Shown piece by piece: positions 52,496 to 64,000 of a stretch of DNA of 64,000 nucleotides. Location: NCBI RefSeq assembly GCF_036588685.1, contig NC_086377.1, positions 64,356,001 through 64,420,000 on the forward strand. The letters are read 5' to 3'. The notes below the pieces were generated by a model. It was not told the DNA's origin. It ran no database searches and saw only the letters and a program-made list of their open reading frames with translations. Both the position numbers and the translations under genes were made by a program. Source of the DNA: Mytilus trossulus (taxonomy: Eukaryota). Numbering within the stretch: position 1 is the first letter of the stretch; each line of letters begins with the position of its first letter.

Positions 52496-55400
52496 CTACA
52501 AGTAGAAACTAGATGTTAATAACAAGGCACATTAGTCATGTTTACTTTTATAATACACATTGTTGCCGCATTTCCAGGCACCTGGCCCATATGCCAAGGG
52601 AACTTTTCTAAAAACTTGGCGTCCTGCGTCAATCGTCTGTTGTCCGGTTACATGGTTGTTTTTATGAGATGAAAAATATAATGTGAAGGAGGCGTCGACA
52701 TTATTTGGGTCAAAAAATCTGCAAGCTTAAGGAGGTTAGCTACTAGGTGTCAAAATAACAAGCTTTTTGATAGTGTATTAATAAAGGAGCCTAAAAGGCA
52801 AAAAGTAAAATATAGGTCAATGAGTTTGTTTTCTAGAAAGCAGCCATTGCAATTTTGGCGGAAAAATGTCCTCTCTTGCTTTTTCATAGCTTTATCATTG
52901 ACAAATGTAAGTTCTTAAAAACTATTGAAAAATAATTTTAATGTTAAGAATTATAATGGATAAAACCATAGAAAAAACGAAAATCTGACAAAAATCCCAG
53001 AACATGACAATAGAACATTCTTAAACATGTCATAAGCACAGACGGTAACCAGCAATAGACAAGTGTTTATATGTTATCTTTTTTGGGCCTATATTTATCA
53101 TCATGACCAAAGAAGTAGTGAATACATTTAATAGAGAATATATAACATTGTGATCAACATCTACTAATAATTCCCTAAAAATTTAAAAAAACAAAATTGT
53201 CATATCATGAGGTTTCAGATGCTGCAGTGTTCAATATATATTTATAACTTCATTAATAACACCTTAACTTTTGAAGTTCAAGTTTTAGAAAATAGTTTTA
53301 GTTCGTGTTATCATTAGTTTATATTGATATGAACCGATATGACATTAACATATTTAGCTTATTTAGATACGGTTTTTTTATTGAGTAAACTTGAGATTTA
53401 TAAAACCGGCTTCTAAATTATTTAGACATAGTACAATAAATGGAAGACAATTGAATTATAATCTGCAAATAAGTATTCTATCATGTATTGCTTGTTCGTT
53501 GTTTCAACTTCGAATGTGGCAATTTCATCGAATAAGAAAAAAGAATATCTGCATACAGCATAATTACTATGAAACATTTAATATATTCATTATTGATTTC
53601 ACAATGGTTGTTGCAGTATGAGGCTTATTACACTGACTACTAGTACTAGTACCATATACAAGAGTTTTTAAAAATTATTTTGTGAACGATGTTTACATGT
53701 CTTACATAATAATGATAGCAATATAAGTTTAAAATAACCTCAACTGTATGAACCCTATGTCAGGTCAACATTACATTGATCACATCTATAAACACAGTCA
53801 TGCCTTTTATATCACTCTCGTTTTATCATGTTTATCGCGCTGTAGTAATGTATATATATGTTGAACCCTAATCCAATAGTCACTAAAAAATGCTGTTTTC
53901 ACTGGTCACGACGATCAATGTTCTACACAGATTTGATTCATCTTCATTATTCCTAAATTTGACCATACAAAGTAAACCTCAACATAACTACTTATAACAA
54001 AAAGTATTGTCCCACCTATATCTTCGTAAATAGGTTCTTCGTAGGTAGTTTTCTGAGACAAATAGTTTGGAACATTCTCATAGTCTGAAATAAAATAATA
54101 ATTTAAAGTATTGTGCCTGAATTACTGCAGTACATGTATGACACATGATGACACAGTATAATGTTAAACAAGCAGATATTATGTTATGTCTAATGTATAT
54201 GTTAACCTCTTAACCATTCACGGTATCAACATTACAAACAGAAGTAAATTATAAGAAGCGATTGTAAATATTGGAATAAAGAACGTTTGTAACATAGTAA
54301 GGTACATGTAATTAAGAGTTAAAATAATATAATAAGTATTGCGTATGTTTAGTTAGATTTGTATTACGGCTATGTTCAGGGATGTACTTTAAAATATACT
54401 ATAATGTTACCGTTACTTATCCCTGGTCTATAATGTGGGTAATCATAATCGTCATAATCGTCATCTGAGTTGTCCCTTTGCTGTATTTCATACGTCCTTG
54501 TCAGCTCTGAAAAACAATATAATCATTTCGTAGATTTATGAAAGATTAAAGAGATAAAAGTATAAAAACATACTCAAAATAACAAGAGTCATCAACGAGT
54601 CTGTTTCACTCGCATAGGTGTATCTGCATTTTAACAATGAACACCCTCAATTATGGACCAAATCCATTTTTGTATGATCTTGTTCTTCTGACCGATATTG
54701 CTATTCGCATTTTTATGCCCCACATACGATACTGCTATAAGGTAAGGGAGGCATAAGGTTATGTTTGGTCTGTGCGTCCGTCTGTTCATCCGTGGGTTTG
54801 TCCGTCTGTCCTGCTTCAGGTTGAGGTTTTGGTCATGGTAGTTTTTGATGAATTTGAAATCCCATCAGTCAATGGCTTTTTTTTAGAATATTATTGCTAC
54901 AACTGTAAAATATAATAAGCTTCTATCTAACTATCTATCTAGTATCACGATTATAGTTTTTCAGATATAATGCAAAAACTCTTAAATGGAAAAAAAATGT
55001 GTTTTTACGTGTAATTACTTCAATAGCCGAAAAAAAAAAGCTGTTTAAACGAGTTTAGTTATATTTTCCAGTATTAAAGACAAGAGGCAAAATTTTGAAA
55101 CTTGTCATTTTAGTAAAATAAATACTATAAGTATTTTTTTGAAATTAAAAAACTTAAGTAAATCTTAAGAGTCTAAACATTATTTTCCCTACCAGATTTC
55201 TCTATAAGTTGATAAAAAAAAAATTGCATTTAACCCTTTTGTTAATTTTTAGCCATGTTTACACCTCGTTATTATTGCGATGTGTGTAAGCTTTGATTGA
55301 TTGTGGTGTTTTCACTACTTTTAATGTACATAGCTATAATATGAAAGGAATAGGAGAAAACCACAGCCCAACAAATATAACCTTGTTCAATAAAGATCGA

Positions 55401-58400
55401 ATTCGAACTCGTTTTGCAAAACCGCTTGCGTATATTTAGTGTTAAGTTGTTGTATACACATCTTATCGTAAACTTTTCATCGGTGCTACATATACCTCAA
55501 TAGACTTCTGGTGGATTTTGTATAATTTAATTAGCATTCTGTGCAACCTAGAATAACAAATCTATCTGGAAAATAAAAAAACCCTCTTTTTTACTGCAGG
55601 TGTCATGTTCCATCTACTAATGTTAAAATCTTATCGAGTACTGATATTTAATGTTGTTAAAGTATCATGAATACGACATACGATCTCTCTTTACCTGCAT
55701 TTGTTTGTTTCTATGTGGATAAAGTTTAAAGTTGAAACAAAATAATAACGTCATGCTCAAATGTTTGATGATATTTCACTTAATGAATTACTTTGTTTTT
55801 GTATTTTATATATAAGCTGTAATCATACCTTCTTCATAAATATGCTCGTGTAGAGATGTGTTCTCTGATTGTTTATCTTCGGAACTATCCGTTTCTTCAA
55901 AAGAATCATAATAATTATAACTTACGGCAAATGAAAGCCAATGGAAGCTATAACCATACTTGATAAAAACTACATTCATGACAAAACGCGTTACAAGCAT
56001 TTGACGACCACTCTCAACCCTCCTATCTGACTTAAAAAATCAAACGCATTTACTCGACGACAGGATAAAAAATGTAATGTCTAAAATGTTATTAACAAAC
56101 GAGGTCTTTTGATTGAAAGATTAATTTTATATCAGCACATTGGCTTGAAACATGAAGGATTGAACTTTTAATAAATTTCAAGAGGCAAGGTTTGTCGATA
56201 ATTTCAAAGACACCGTGATGCATATGATTTGGTTGCCCTTTATTGAATGTTTGATCTGGAAATGAATGTTTCACAATACACGATTTCTACACATTTTGAA
56301 AAATATTACCTTAGACGTATTAGGCAAAACTTTAAGAAATATTTTGTCTTCAATGCTCTTTAACTTCGTACTTCAATTGGCCTTTTCGACATTTTTTAAT
56401 TCGAGCGTTACTGATGAGTCATTATAGAAAAAACGTGCGTCTGAATAAGAATAAAATTCAATCCTGGTATCTTTGATGAGTTCATTTGTAATTACCAAAT
56501 GTGACTTATCTTATAAGTTAAATGTAATATGGCATTACAATCTCATGAGATATGTCCCTATTGCTACAGAAGCTTCTTTCTGTTTACTGTTATGAGTTCT
56601 GAAGTCCATAAGGTATATTATGTCGGTCTGTTACTGCAACTGAGATTACTTGCGGGTGTTTTTGTTTGCACTTTTCCGCTTCATGCATTGTTTCTTTCAC
56701 AAAATTGTTTGGTAGTAATCTGTGCTGACTTCTATGTTATTGTTTTTCTCTTTTCCATCAAATCATGGTATGAAAACAAACAACCAACGCTAGTTAAGAT
56801 GATAATCTATTGCAAATGACAGACTCGGGGATTGTATTCACTACCTCAGTGTTGACTGACAAGTTATCAATTGGAGTGCATTGCAGCATCAATGAGTTTT
56901 GATTGAGATGTTGACGTATTACTAAGATGAGCGTCTTGTTTAACAACAAAAAAAAAAGGAACTGAATGCGTTAGTGTTTTAGCTTTGTATATGCACACCG
57001 TATTTTTACACATCATTGGACATCGGTGATACATACATGTTTCAATCGTATTAAAGTATTAATTAAGGGCATACAATACAGTTTTGAACTCATAATAAAA
57101 TTGTGATGAGAATTTGCATATGGGCTATAAATCAAATATGTAATAAATATATATCTTTATGTGCCACTACTTTTAGTAAGATGAAGTCACTATTTCAGAC
57201 ATATTCTCAAAATTCGGATCATATGGAATGATAAAAATCTGTCGAAAAATTAAACTTTCCCGATATATCACAGTTTGACGTCGCAAAAAGTCTTTAGCTG
57301 GTTTGTAAACAGTGTATATAGATGATTTATAATGATTTTTTTTGAAATTACAGTTTTTTAGTGTGAACTATTTTTTTAGGAGTATATAGTTTACTTTGTT
57401 CGTTCCTTCGTGTTTAAGATTTAAAACACACAAGTAGTGATGTTGACGTTCTTCATTCCGAGTGATGTGATTTTTCTTATTCGTTCTTTTTCAGTGTCGT
57501 TTACACAATCAATATTTATACCTTTTTCAAATTCGTCATATATATCCTCGTCATCGTCGTCTGATGTATTTCCTGACTTATTTGCATGTGAACTACTCAG
57601 TTCTGATAAAAAAAAATACCATTTATATATAACGTTAGTAAGATGATACAAGATTTTACCACTTTACATAAACGCATGGAAGAAAAACCAACGACACGAT
57701 TTTAATTGCCTAAGGTATATTATAAACGCCTGTAGCTTTGCCTCGCTACAAGCTTCCTTCACACTTTTTAGAATTGTTGAAAAAGATAAGTTACAGATAC
57801 GAATTTCATCTTTCACATGTAGCAAAATGTATAATGAAATCAGTCTATTGATGTCTTTGCAATAATTTATATGTTTTGGTTGTCCATTATTGAATATCTG
57901 TTCCGTAGATGAACAAGGATATATTCCAGAGTCAATGTGTCCATGATCTTGTCATTACTGAAAACGACTTGCATATGAATATTGAATTACAATTATAATG
58001 AGTTCATGTAAAGGAAAGAACTATTACACTCATCTTACCTTTCAAAGAATATGTTTTACCCCCAACCCCTACTTTGGTTTCATTCTATCAAACTACGTAT
58101 ATAATTTTATGTTTTTGTAAGCGTACACAAGCAATCTTATTTTAAGAATTGTTTCAATCAATTAAGAACCACGAAATGATTGAAGTCGAATGCATAAAAC
58201 CACATCGGGGTTCAAACTTAAAACAGTAGTGTTGACTGGCTAGTTATCACTATGGATACTGTTTAGATCATTCATACACAGAGACCATTTGAGATGATTC
58301 ATATGTTGACATATTATAAAAAAAAAACGAAAATAGAATATGCAAATTGAAGAACTGAAACCAATTGATTAACTCAAAATAGATCATACTATTTCTAACA

Positions 58401-61400
58401 TACCTTTAGCTTTCGTATATTTTCTGTAGTTTCGTTGCGGAACTGGTGGTGTTAGATCACCTAAAACAAGATTATGAGGTTGAACGCATGAGAAAAACAA
58501 TACATATAAATTGATAAACACAATATGATATTGACATGCATTGAATGTGAGGAAAATGAGTGTTTAAAAGTGTGCATTTAACATACACTTGTCTTGTCTC
58601 TGCATATTTTACCAGAAGTTAAATGAAATGCGCAACATAAATATTTACCATTTTGTCTATTGAATAATTTTGGGTGGAAAGTATTGAATTTCTGTAGTAT
58701 ATTTAAAAGAGAGTGTTCTTCCTCGGTTGATTAAATTTCGAAAATAAAAAAATATACCTATTTTGAATATGTTTTGTGACAATTTTCATGCTTGTATTTT
58801 AAATTGCAAGAAACAAAATCTAAGGTTCGTGCAGTCATATTCTTTTAAATGGCTGAAAAATTTACGAATTTCAGATTTCCAAGAAAAACGCATATTTGAA
58901 TTCTTCTGAGTTAGCATACACATTTTTAAAAACGCTTTTGATATACACGGATGAATTGGTTTTTTTTCTCTAAAGGCGAACGGAACGGAACGTTTAAATA
59001 TGACTCATCAGTGGCTACAAACAAACCACGAAAAAACGTTATTATCAAAAAGATGAAGTACATTTACTATTACCATTTTTAAATAGAACAAATTTCCGTA
59101 TTTTGCATTGCGTTTTGTGAGAACTAGACATTACCGATAAAACCATTTGTTAATCTAGCGTTATTTCAGAAACATGTGCCAATGCACAATGATATATAAT
59201 CATAATACTGTCAGACATGTGTGATAGATGAAGAAGTCAGTTATTTATGTTTGAGTCGTAATATCCGAAGTTCTTGAACAATTCAAATAATTCAGAATAC
59301 GTTTTTTATAATAAAAAAAAAACACCAATAGAAGTGGAACTCAATTCTTCATAATAATGAACTAACTATGTATTGTTGATCGACCCAGTTTTGATATAAT
59401 ATAACAAGATTCTTGTTCGTAAAAAAATGTGAAGATTGTTTAAAATATAGATTAAAGATCAACCATCAAATCATCATTGTTACAATCACTGACAACTCGT
59501 TACGTTATATACAGTCCCCTTCCCTTTCATGAATTTGACCTCCCGAATAGGACTATTTACCGGATTTATTATCACATAAACAACACGACGGGCGCCACAT
59601 GTGAAGCAGGATCTACTTACCCTTCAGGAGCACCTGATATCGCTCCTAGGTTTTGGTGGAGTTCGTGTTGCATATTCTTTAGTTTTCTAAGTTGCGTCAT
59701 GTGTACTATTGTTTTTCTGTCTGTCTTTTTCATTTTTAGCCATGGCGTTGTCAGTTTATCTTCGATTTATGAGTTTTACTGTCTCTCTGGTATCTTTCGT
59801 CCCATTTTAAATGTCAGGTAGTTAAAGTGGTATTTGTTCAATATGAAATTCGTTCAAAATAACAATATATTCATATCTCATACGTTTGTCATAGATGTGA
59901 TCATCTATGAAGACTAAAGAATCCGAAAATAATTGAAGACGTTAGTGGAGGATCGTCATAGTCTTAATAGTTTTTAATATTATGTTATTTTCTTAAATAA
60001 AATCTGTCCTTGAACGTGTAAATATATAAAACTGTGTTCGGATGATTGATTATGAAAACAGGAGAATGCTATTAATAGCTGAATATCATTGTATATCTTT
60101 AGATACTTGCAATTTCTTTTCAACGGGAAAATATAATATTAAATTTGATCAATTTTATTTGCTATGAATTACGGCAACAAAAGTGGTTAAAATATAATAA
60201 CTCGATTCTGACCAAACTAATCAAGGTAAGACATATTAACTGAAGTAAAGACAATGAATTTAAATAGTTGTAGAATCGGATGCTTTTACAATATATGTTT
60301 CTTTTATTACAAGTCAATTTGTCACAACCTGGAGAATAATATAAATAACCTGAGTAAAACATAATTTGTAAAATCAATCATGTTTCTCGTGTCTCGTTTT
60401 TTTATAGAGATTATACCGTTGATTTTCCTGTTTGAATGGTTTTACATTTAGTAATTTGTGGGACCCTTTATAGCTTGTTGTTCAATGTGGTCCTATGATC
60501 CGTGTTGAAGAATGTACATTGACCTATCATGGTTTACTTTTATAAATTATGACTTGGATGGAGAGTTGTCTAATTAGCACCCATATCACATGTTTCTATA
60601 TCTATCTAAAGATAAGAATAAGACAATGTTATTCAATTATAAAAAATTATAAATCAACGTTTAAGAAGAGTTTAGATATGACATGTAGGATAAGATAGAT
60701 CATATGCATATACAGAAAATCTCTTTTATAGCTAACATTTATATATATATATATATATATATTTTAATAAGAGTTCATAAATTTCAAATTACCTTCGTTT
60801 GTTTTCTGTTCAATGTTAACGTCTTTACCATCAAATCTGGTTTGGGATGTTTCAATATGTGCTTGAGCTGCATTTTTATAAAACAAAATAAAGTAGCATG
60901 CGACATCATGGTAAAGCTTCAGAATGTATTAATTAAATCATTTTTATTAGCAGACTTGAGACTGTTGTGTTCAAATGGTCCATTCTTTAAATGCACGAAG
61001 ATCAAACTTAATTAATGTTCATATTTAGAAAAAAAAGAAATGTACTTTTAAAAAACTTACTCGCAGTATGACCACAAAGTGTTCATCTTACGTTGAATAT
61101 GATAGAATAGCTGATATAATGAGCAATGTGGGAGTACATATTATGTTGGATTGACAGGAATTTATATATTTCTTCAAGGCTTCAAACTCTTGCGTTATAA
61201 CGTTTATTCATATTTTTTGTTGGTTTACTTGGTAGAATCAAGTAACTCATGATTAAATACTTAAAAATAAACCAACAAAAACCAATATATTGTACCTTAT
61301 CTAAAAGTATAATTCAAAGACATGTTGTTGAAAAAAGTAAAATCACAAAAATATTGAACTCCGAGGAAAATTCAAAACGAAAGTCCCAAATAAAATGGCA

Positions 61401-63901
61401 AAAGGAAATAATAAAAAACACCAAACGAGTGGACAACAACTGTCATATTTCTGCGTGGTACTAGCATTTTCAAAAGTAGAAAATGGTGAAATGAACCTGG
61501 TTATATAGCGCTAAACCTCTCATTTGTACTAAAAAATACACTAGTGTTAGAGATTGTTTTAATAAAATTTTCTGAAATGTTTACAATTCGTTCAAGTTTT
61601 TAAATTGAAAATTGACGTGGATTCATAATCCTGTTTTTTAGGTCTCTTAGTTTACTCTAGTTTATTTCAAATTTATTGTCTGTCTGTTTGTTTTAATCTT
61701 CTAAACTCGAGATATGTAGTACTTGAAAAACTAGTGATCTTCTAACCTATTACATGTATTATGAGGCAAATAACTAGTGATTTGAGCAATTATGTTTAAA
61801 TATGTTAATGTTAATGTTTGTCAAATTTTTTCATTTGTTTATACCTGCAATACTTTCCTGATCTGTTTGCTCAACGTAGTAGTCTGGGATCCATCCTTCT
61901 GTATTACCATGTAAAACCCATATCCAATGCCCATCACTCGTTACATACTCATGTTCCACAACATCACCTTTCCTCACATTCAGGTTATCCGTGTCGTATT
62001 CGGATTTGCTTTTGAAGGATTGTTTAACCTTGTAAACTTTTCCTTTAATAAACATGTCCTAATTATAGTTTGCATTTTCATTTAATACTTTTAAGAATGT
62101 TCAATTGATTTCCATTTTGTTATTTATGTAAGTCTTCAACTATCAAAGCAAATTAAAAAAAAAATGGACCAGCAATATATTCAAAATGAGTGCATTTGAT
62201 AAATTGTACAACAATATTAGGTTTAATTAAGAAGAGTGCATGTCTACACGCACGGTTGAACTTTTTTAAAAGTTTAATAACAAAGATACCGAACGCCCAG
62301 TGAAATTCGGAGTCCCTTATAAAATCGCAAATTCAAAGGCTTACTCACATCTTACTTTGGGGCCTTCTAGAGCTGACTATGCGGTACGCGCTTTGCTAAT
62401 TTTTGAAGGCCGTAAAGTTAATAGCCATAGTTGTTAATTTCTGTGTCAATTGGAATAAAAAAAATGTGTTTGTCTCGAGTTTAGAAGATTAAAACAAATG
62501 ACATACAAAGAGTATGTCTTCATCACATGAACATCTTTTGTAGAGTTGTTTCATTGTCAATTATACCAAGCCTTCTTTTTATATCAAGAATATAAACGAA
62601 AATTAAAAAAACATACAAGACAAACACAGGTCTGATTTGGGACAGGCGCAAACATGCAGCGAGATATCAAACATCCCCTTTACCTTTAGCCAACGTAAAA
62701 TAAAGAAACATAAAGCAATACGCACATTAAAACTCAGCTTAAGAGAAGTCCGACAACGATGTCATAAAAGGGTAACAAAAGAAACTAACAATAATACATA
62801 AATGAACAAAGGACTACTGGCAGTTATTGGCATGCTAGCTCTACACCTTAATTAAACTGGTTGAAATATTATGTCTTCATCACATGAACATCTAGTATAA
62901 TCCCTCCCGTTATTGGTTTAGTATCAAATCATCATAAACTATATGAGAAGAACACAACTGGTATCAGGCCAAAAACTGGTTTTAAGAAATGTGTTTATTT
63001 CCGATGCCAAGATCCTACGAGTGAATCAATATTATTAAAATACGAAATATGAAAAATTACATGATAACTGCATAAATTTTAGATATCAACGTCCATAAAA
63101 TGAACTGATGAGTAATAAGTCATTTGAATCAACTACAAATAATATTGATGAAAAAGACAATATTTTGTTTGTGTGTCAGCAGGATTTGTATGTAACAATA
63201 TATCAAAAAGAACATATAATAAATTTTAAAACTTCAATACTAATATCAGTTGAGTCGTAAATCAATTTAGTTGTACAATACTTAAAATGTATACGTACCA
63301 TTCAATTACACATGAATTTGGGTAATGTACAAAGACAATGTGTTATTAATAAATGTACGACAACCTAAATGTACGACAACCGCGCAATGTGCAAAAAAAA
63401 TTGATTAGTATGTGCAGTTAAATAAAAAGCCGACAAATTGCTTTCATACCGTACATCTTTAATTTCTTTGGGGAAAAAAAAAAGTTAAAATCAAAACAGT
63501 TTTAATTTCATGGAACGTCTCGTAAATAGGTTGTAAACATCAGTAAACATCATTAAATCTCAGTACACGAAGTCTGAACTGAGTATAGTCGCAATTCATA
63601 AGTAAGAGTTTGTATACAATAAACTTAGAACAATTTTCGACAATAAATATGTCAATGATATTTTGTCTTTTGAAATTGTGATATTATTAACAATATTGTA
63701 TTACATTACTTTTCAGCGGAACAAAATCTGTTGGTTGAACAATTTTATCCTGGATCCATCCCTCAGTATCGCCATGTTCTACCCAGTGCCAACCTTCTCG
63801 GCTGTCTATAAGTTTGACAACATCTCCTTTTTTAACATTCAAATTATCTGTGTCGTAATCAGATTTACTTATAAAATCACACAAAACATTTAACAATGTT
63901 C
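51180..63901 (-). CDS. SH3-SH3-(Tyr/Pro-motif linker)-AIG1/GIMAP GTPase-coiled coil-CaaX protein; 5' end lies outside the window; >=~730 aa within the window
   Basis: Proposed exons: 63901-63705 (SH3 #1), 62058-61845 (SH3 #2), 60867-60793, 59913-59884, 58460-58404, 57602-57522, 55894-55829, 54506-54411, 54084-54016, 52495-51180 (AIG1 domain and tail). All are GT-AG and open in a common spliced frame; the linker exons are all phase 1-1. Joining them into one transcript is inferred from phase compatibility and from the GTPase exon having an acceptor upstream of its first Met. Confidence 0.78.
56310..56487 (+). repeat. Hammerhead-bearing repeat copy with a decayed ribozyme core
   Basis: Same family as 38856-39041. 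CTGATGA is present, but GAAA is mutated to AAAA and stems I and II are broken. Other decayed copies lie at ~50190-50297 and ~16450-16550 (minus). Confidence 0.7.
59490..59810 (+). mobile_element. 3' end fragment of the same retroelement family as 46620-47987
   Basis: Collinear with 47680-47987 (cccttccctttcatgaattt...acacgacggg...catttttagccatggcgttgtcagttt...ggtatctttcgtcc). Confidence 0.85.
61845..62058 (-). CDS. SH3 domain exon #2
   Basis: YKVKQSF...DNLNVRKGDVV...GHWIWV...EGWIPDYYVEQ matches the SH3 pattern (ALYDY-like strand, ELSFxKGD, WW, GxxPxxY). Flanked by tag| and |gtataa. Confidence 0.85.
63705..63901 (-). CDS. SH3 domain exon #1 (paralogous to SH3 #2)
   Basis: LNVLCDF...DNLNVKKGDVV...GWHWV...EGWIQDKIVQ. 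Acceptor atcttgcag| is phase 1. The donor is either after 63705 (phase 0, fits the next exon) or after 63710. Confidence 0.82.
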
Positions 63902-64000
63902 CTGCAAGATATGCAATTGTTGATTATATTATTTTAAAATCATACTTTATCTTCGATGTTATCTTTTCGTATACATTCAAATCGTTTTAAATGAAATCTA

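Noticed and set aside
55895-56000. Longer version of the HIYEE exon suggested by ORF 55806-56000
   Set aside because: The upstream AG (ccgtaag) is phase 2. Only the ttcttttgaag acceptor before 55894 fits phase 1.
58985-59020. Minus-strand hammerhead (CTGATGA present)
   Set aside because: There is no GAAA and no stem I or III. The CTGATGA matches near 4055, 46542 and 63105 also lack the remaining core.
61061-61110. Additional exon of the SH3-GIMAP gene (strong gtaagt donor at 61060)
   Set aside because: The 50-nt candidate has a stop in the required phase, and the shorter alternative ends in the wrong phase for the downstream exons.

Overview
AT-rich, intron-rich animal DNA. The repeat content resembles a bivalve such as Mytilus, but that is an inference. 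Three spliced genes were reconstructed by hand from GT-AG boundaries and codon phases. (1) Minus strand, 10481->1145: an 8-exon, ~405-aa type II membrane collagen with a TM helix, RYKR furin site, 45 Gly-X-Y triplets and two Ig-like domains (colmedin-like, no olfactomedin domain). (2) Plus strand, 11603->49869: a 21-exon, ~955-aa M1-family aminopeptidase N-like enzyme with intact GAMEN and HELAH-X18-E motifs. (3) Minus strand, entering from beyond the right edge and ending at 51180: an unusual AIG1/GIMAP GTPase. It appears to be preceded by two SH3 exons and a cassette of seven short symmetric phase-1 exons carrying a PxxPxR motif and many acidic Src-type tyrosine motifs (EDIYDEF, HIYEE, DYDYP, DYENV, EPIYEDI), and it ends in a polybasic CaaX tail. 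Introns contain MITE-, Helentron- and SINE-like repeats, a truncated Penelope-like RT, and type I hammerhead ribozyme motifs, two of which look intact or nearly intact and lie sense to the APN pre-mRNA. Two inverted transposon copies bracket APN exon 3. Tandem arrays amplify splice sites, including 33 copies of the HELAHM zinc-motif exon end plus its donor. The best candidates for new biology are the SH3/phosphotyrosine-adaptor-GIMAP-CaaX fusion and the splice-site arrays.
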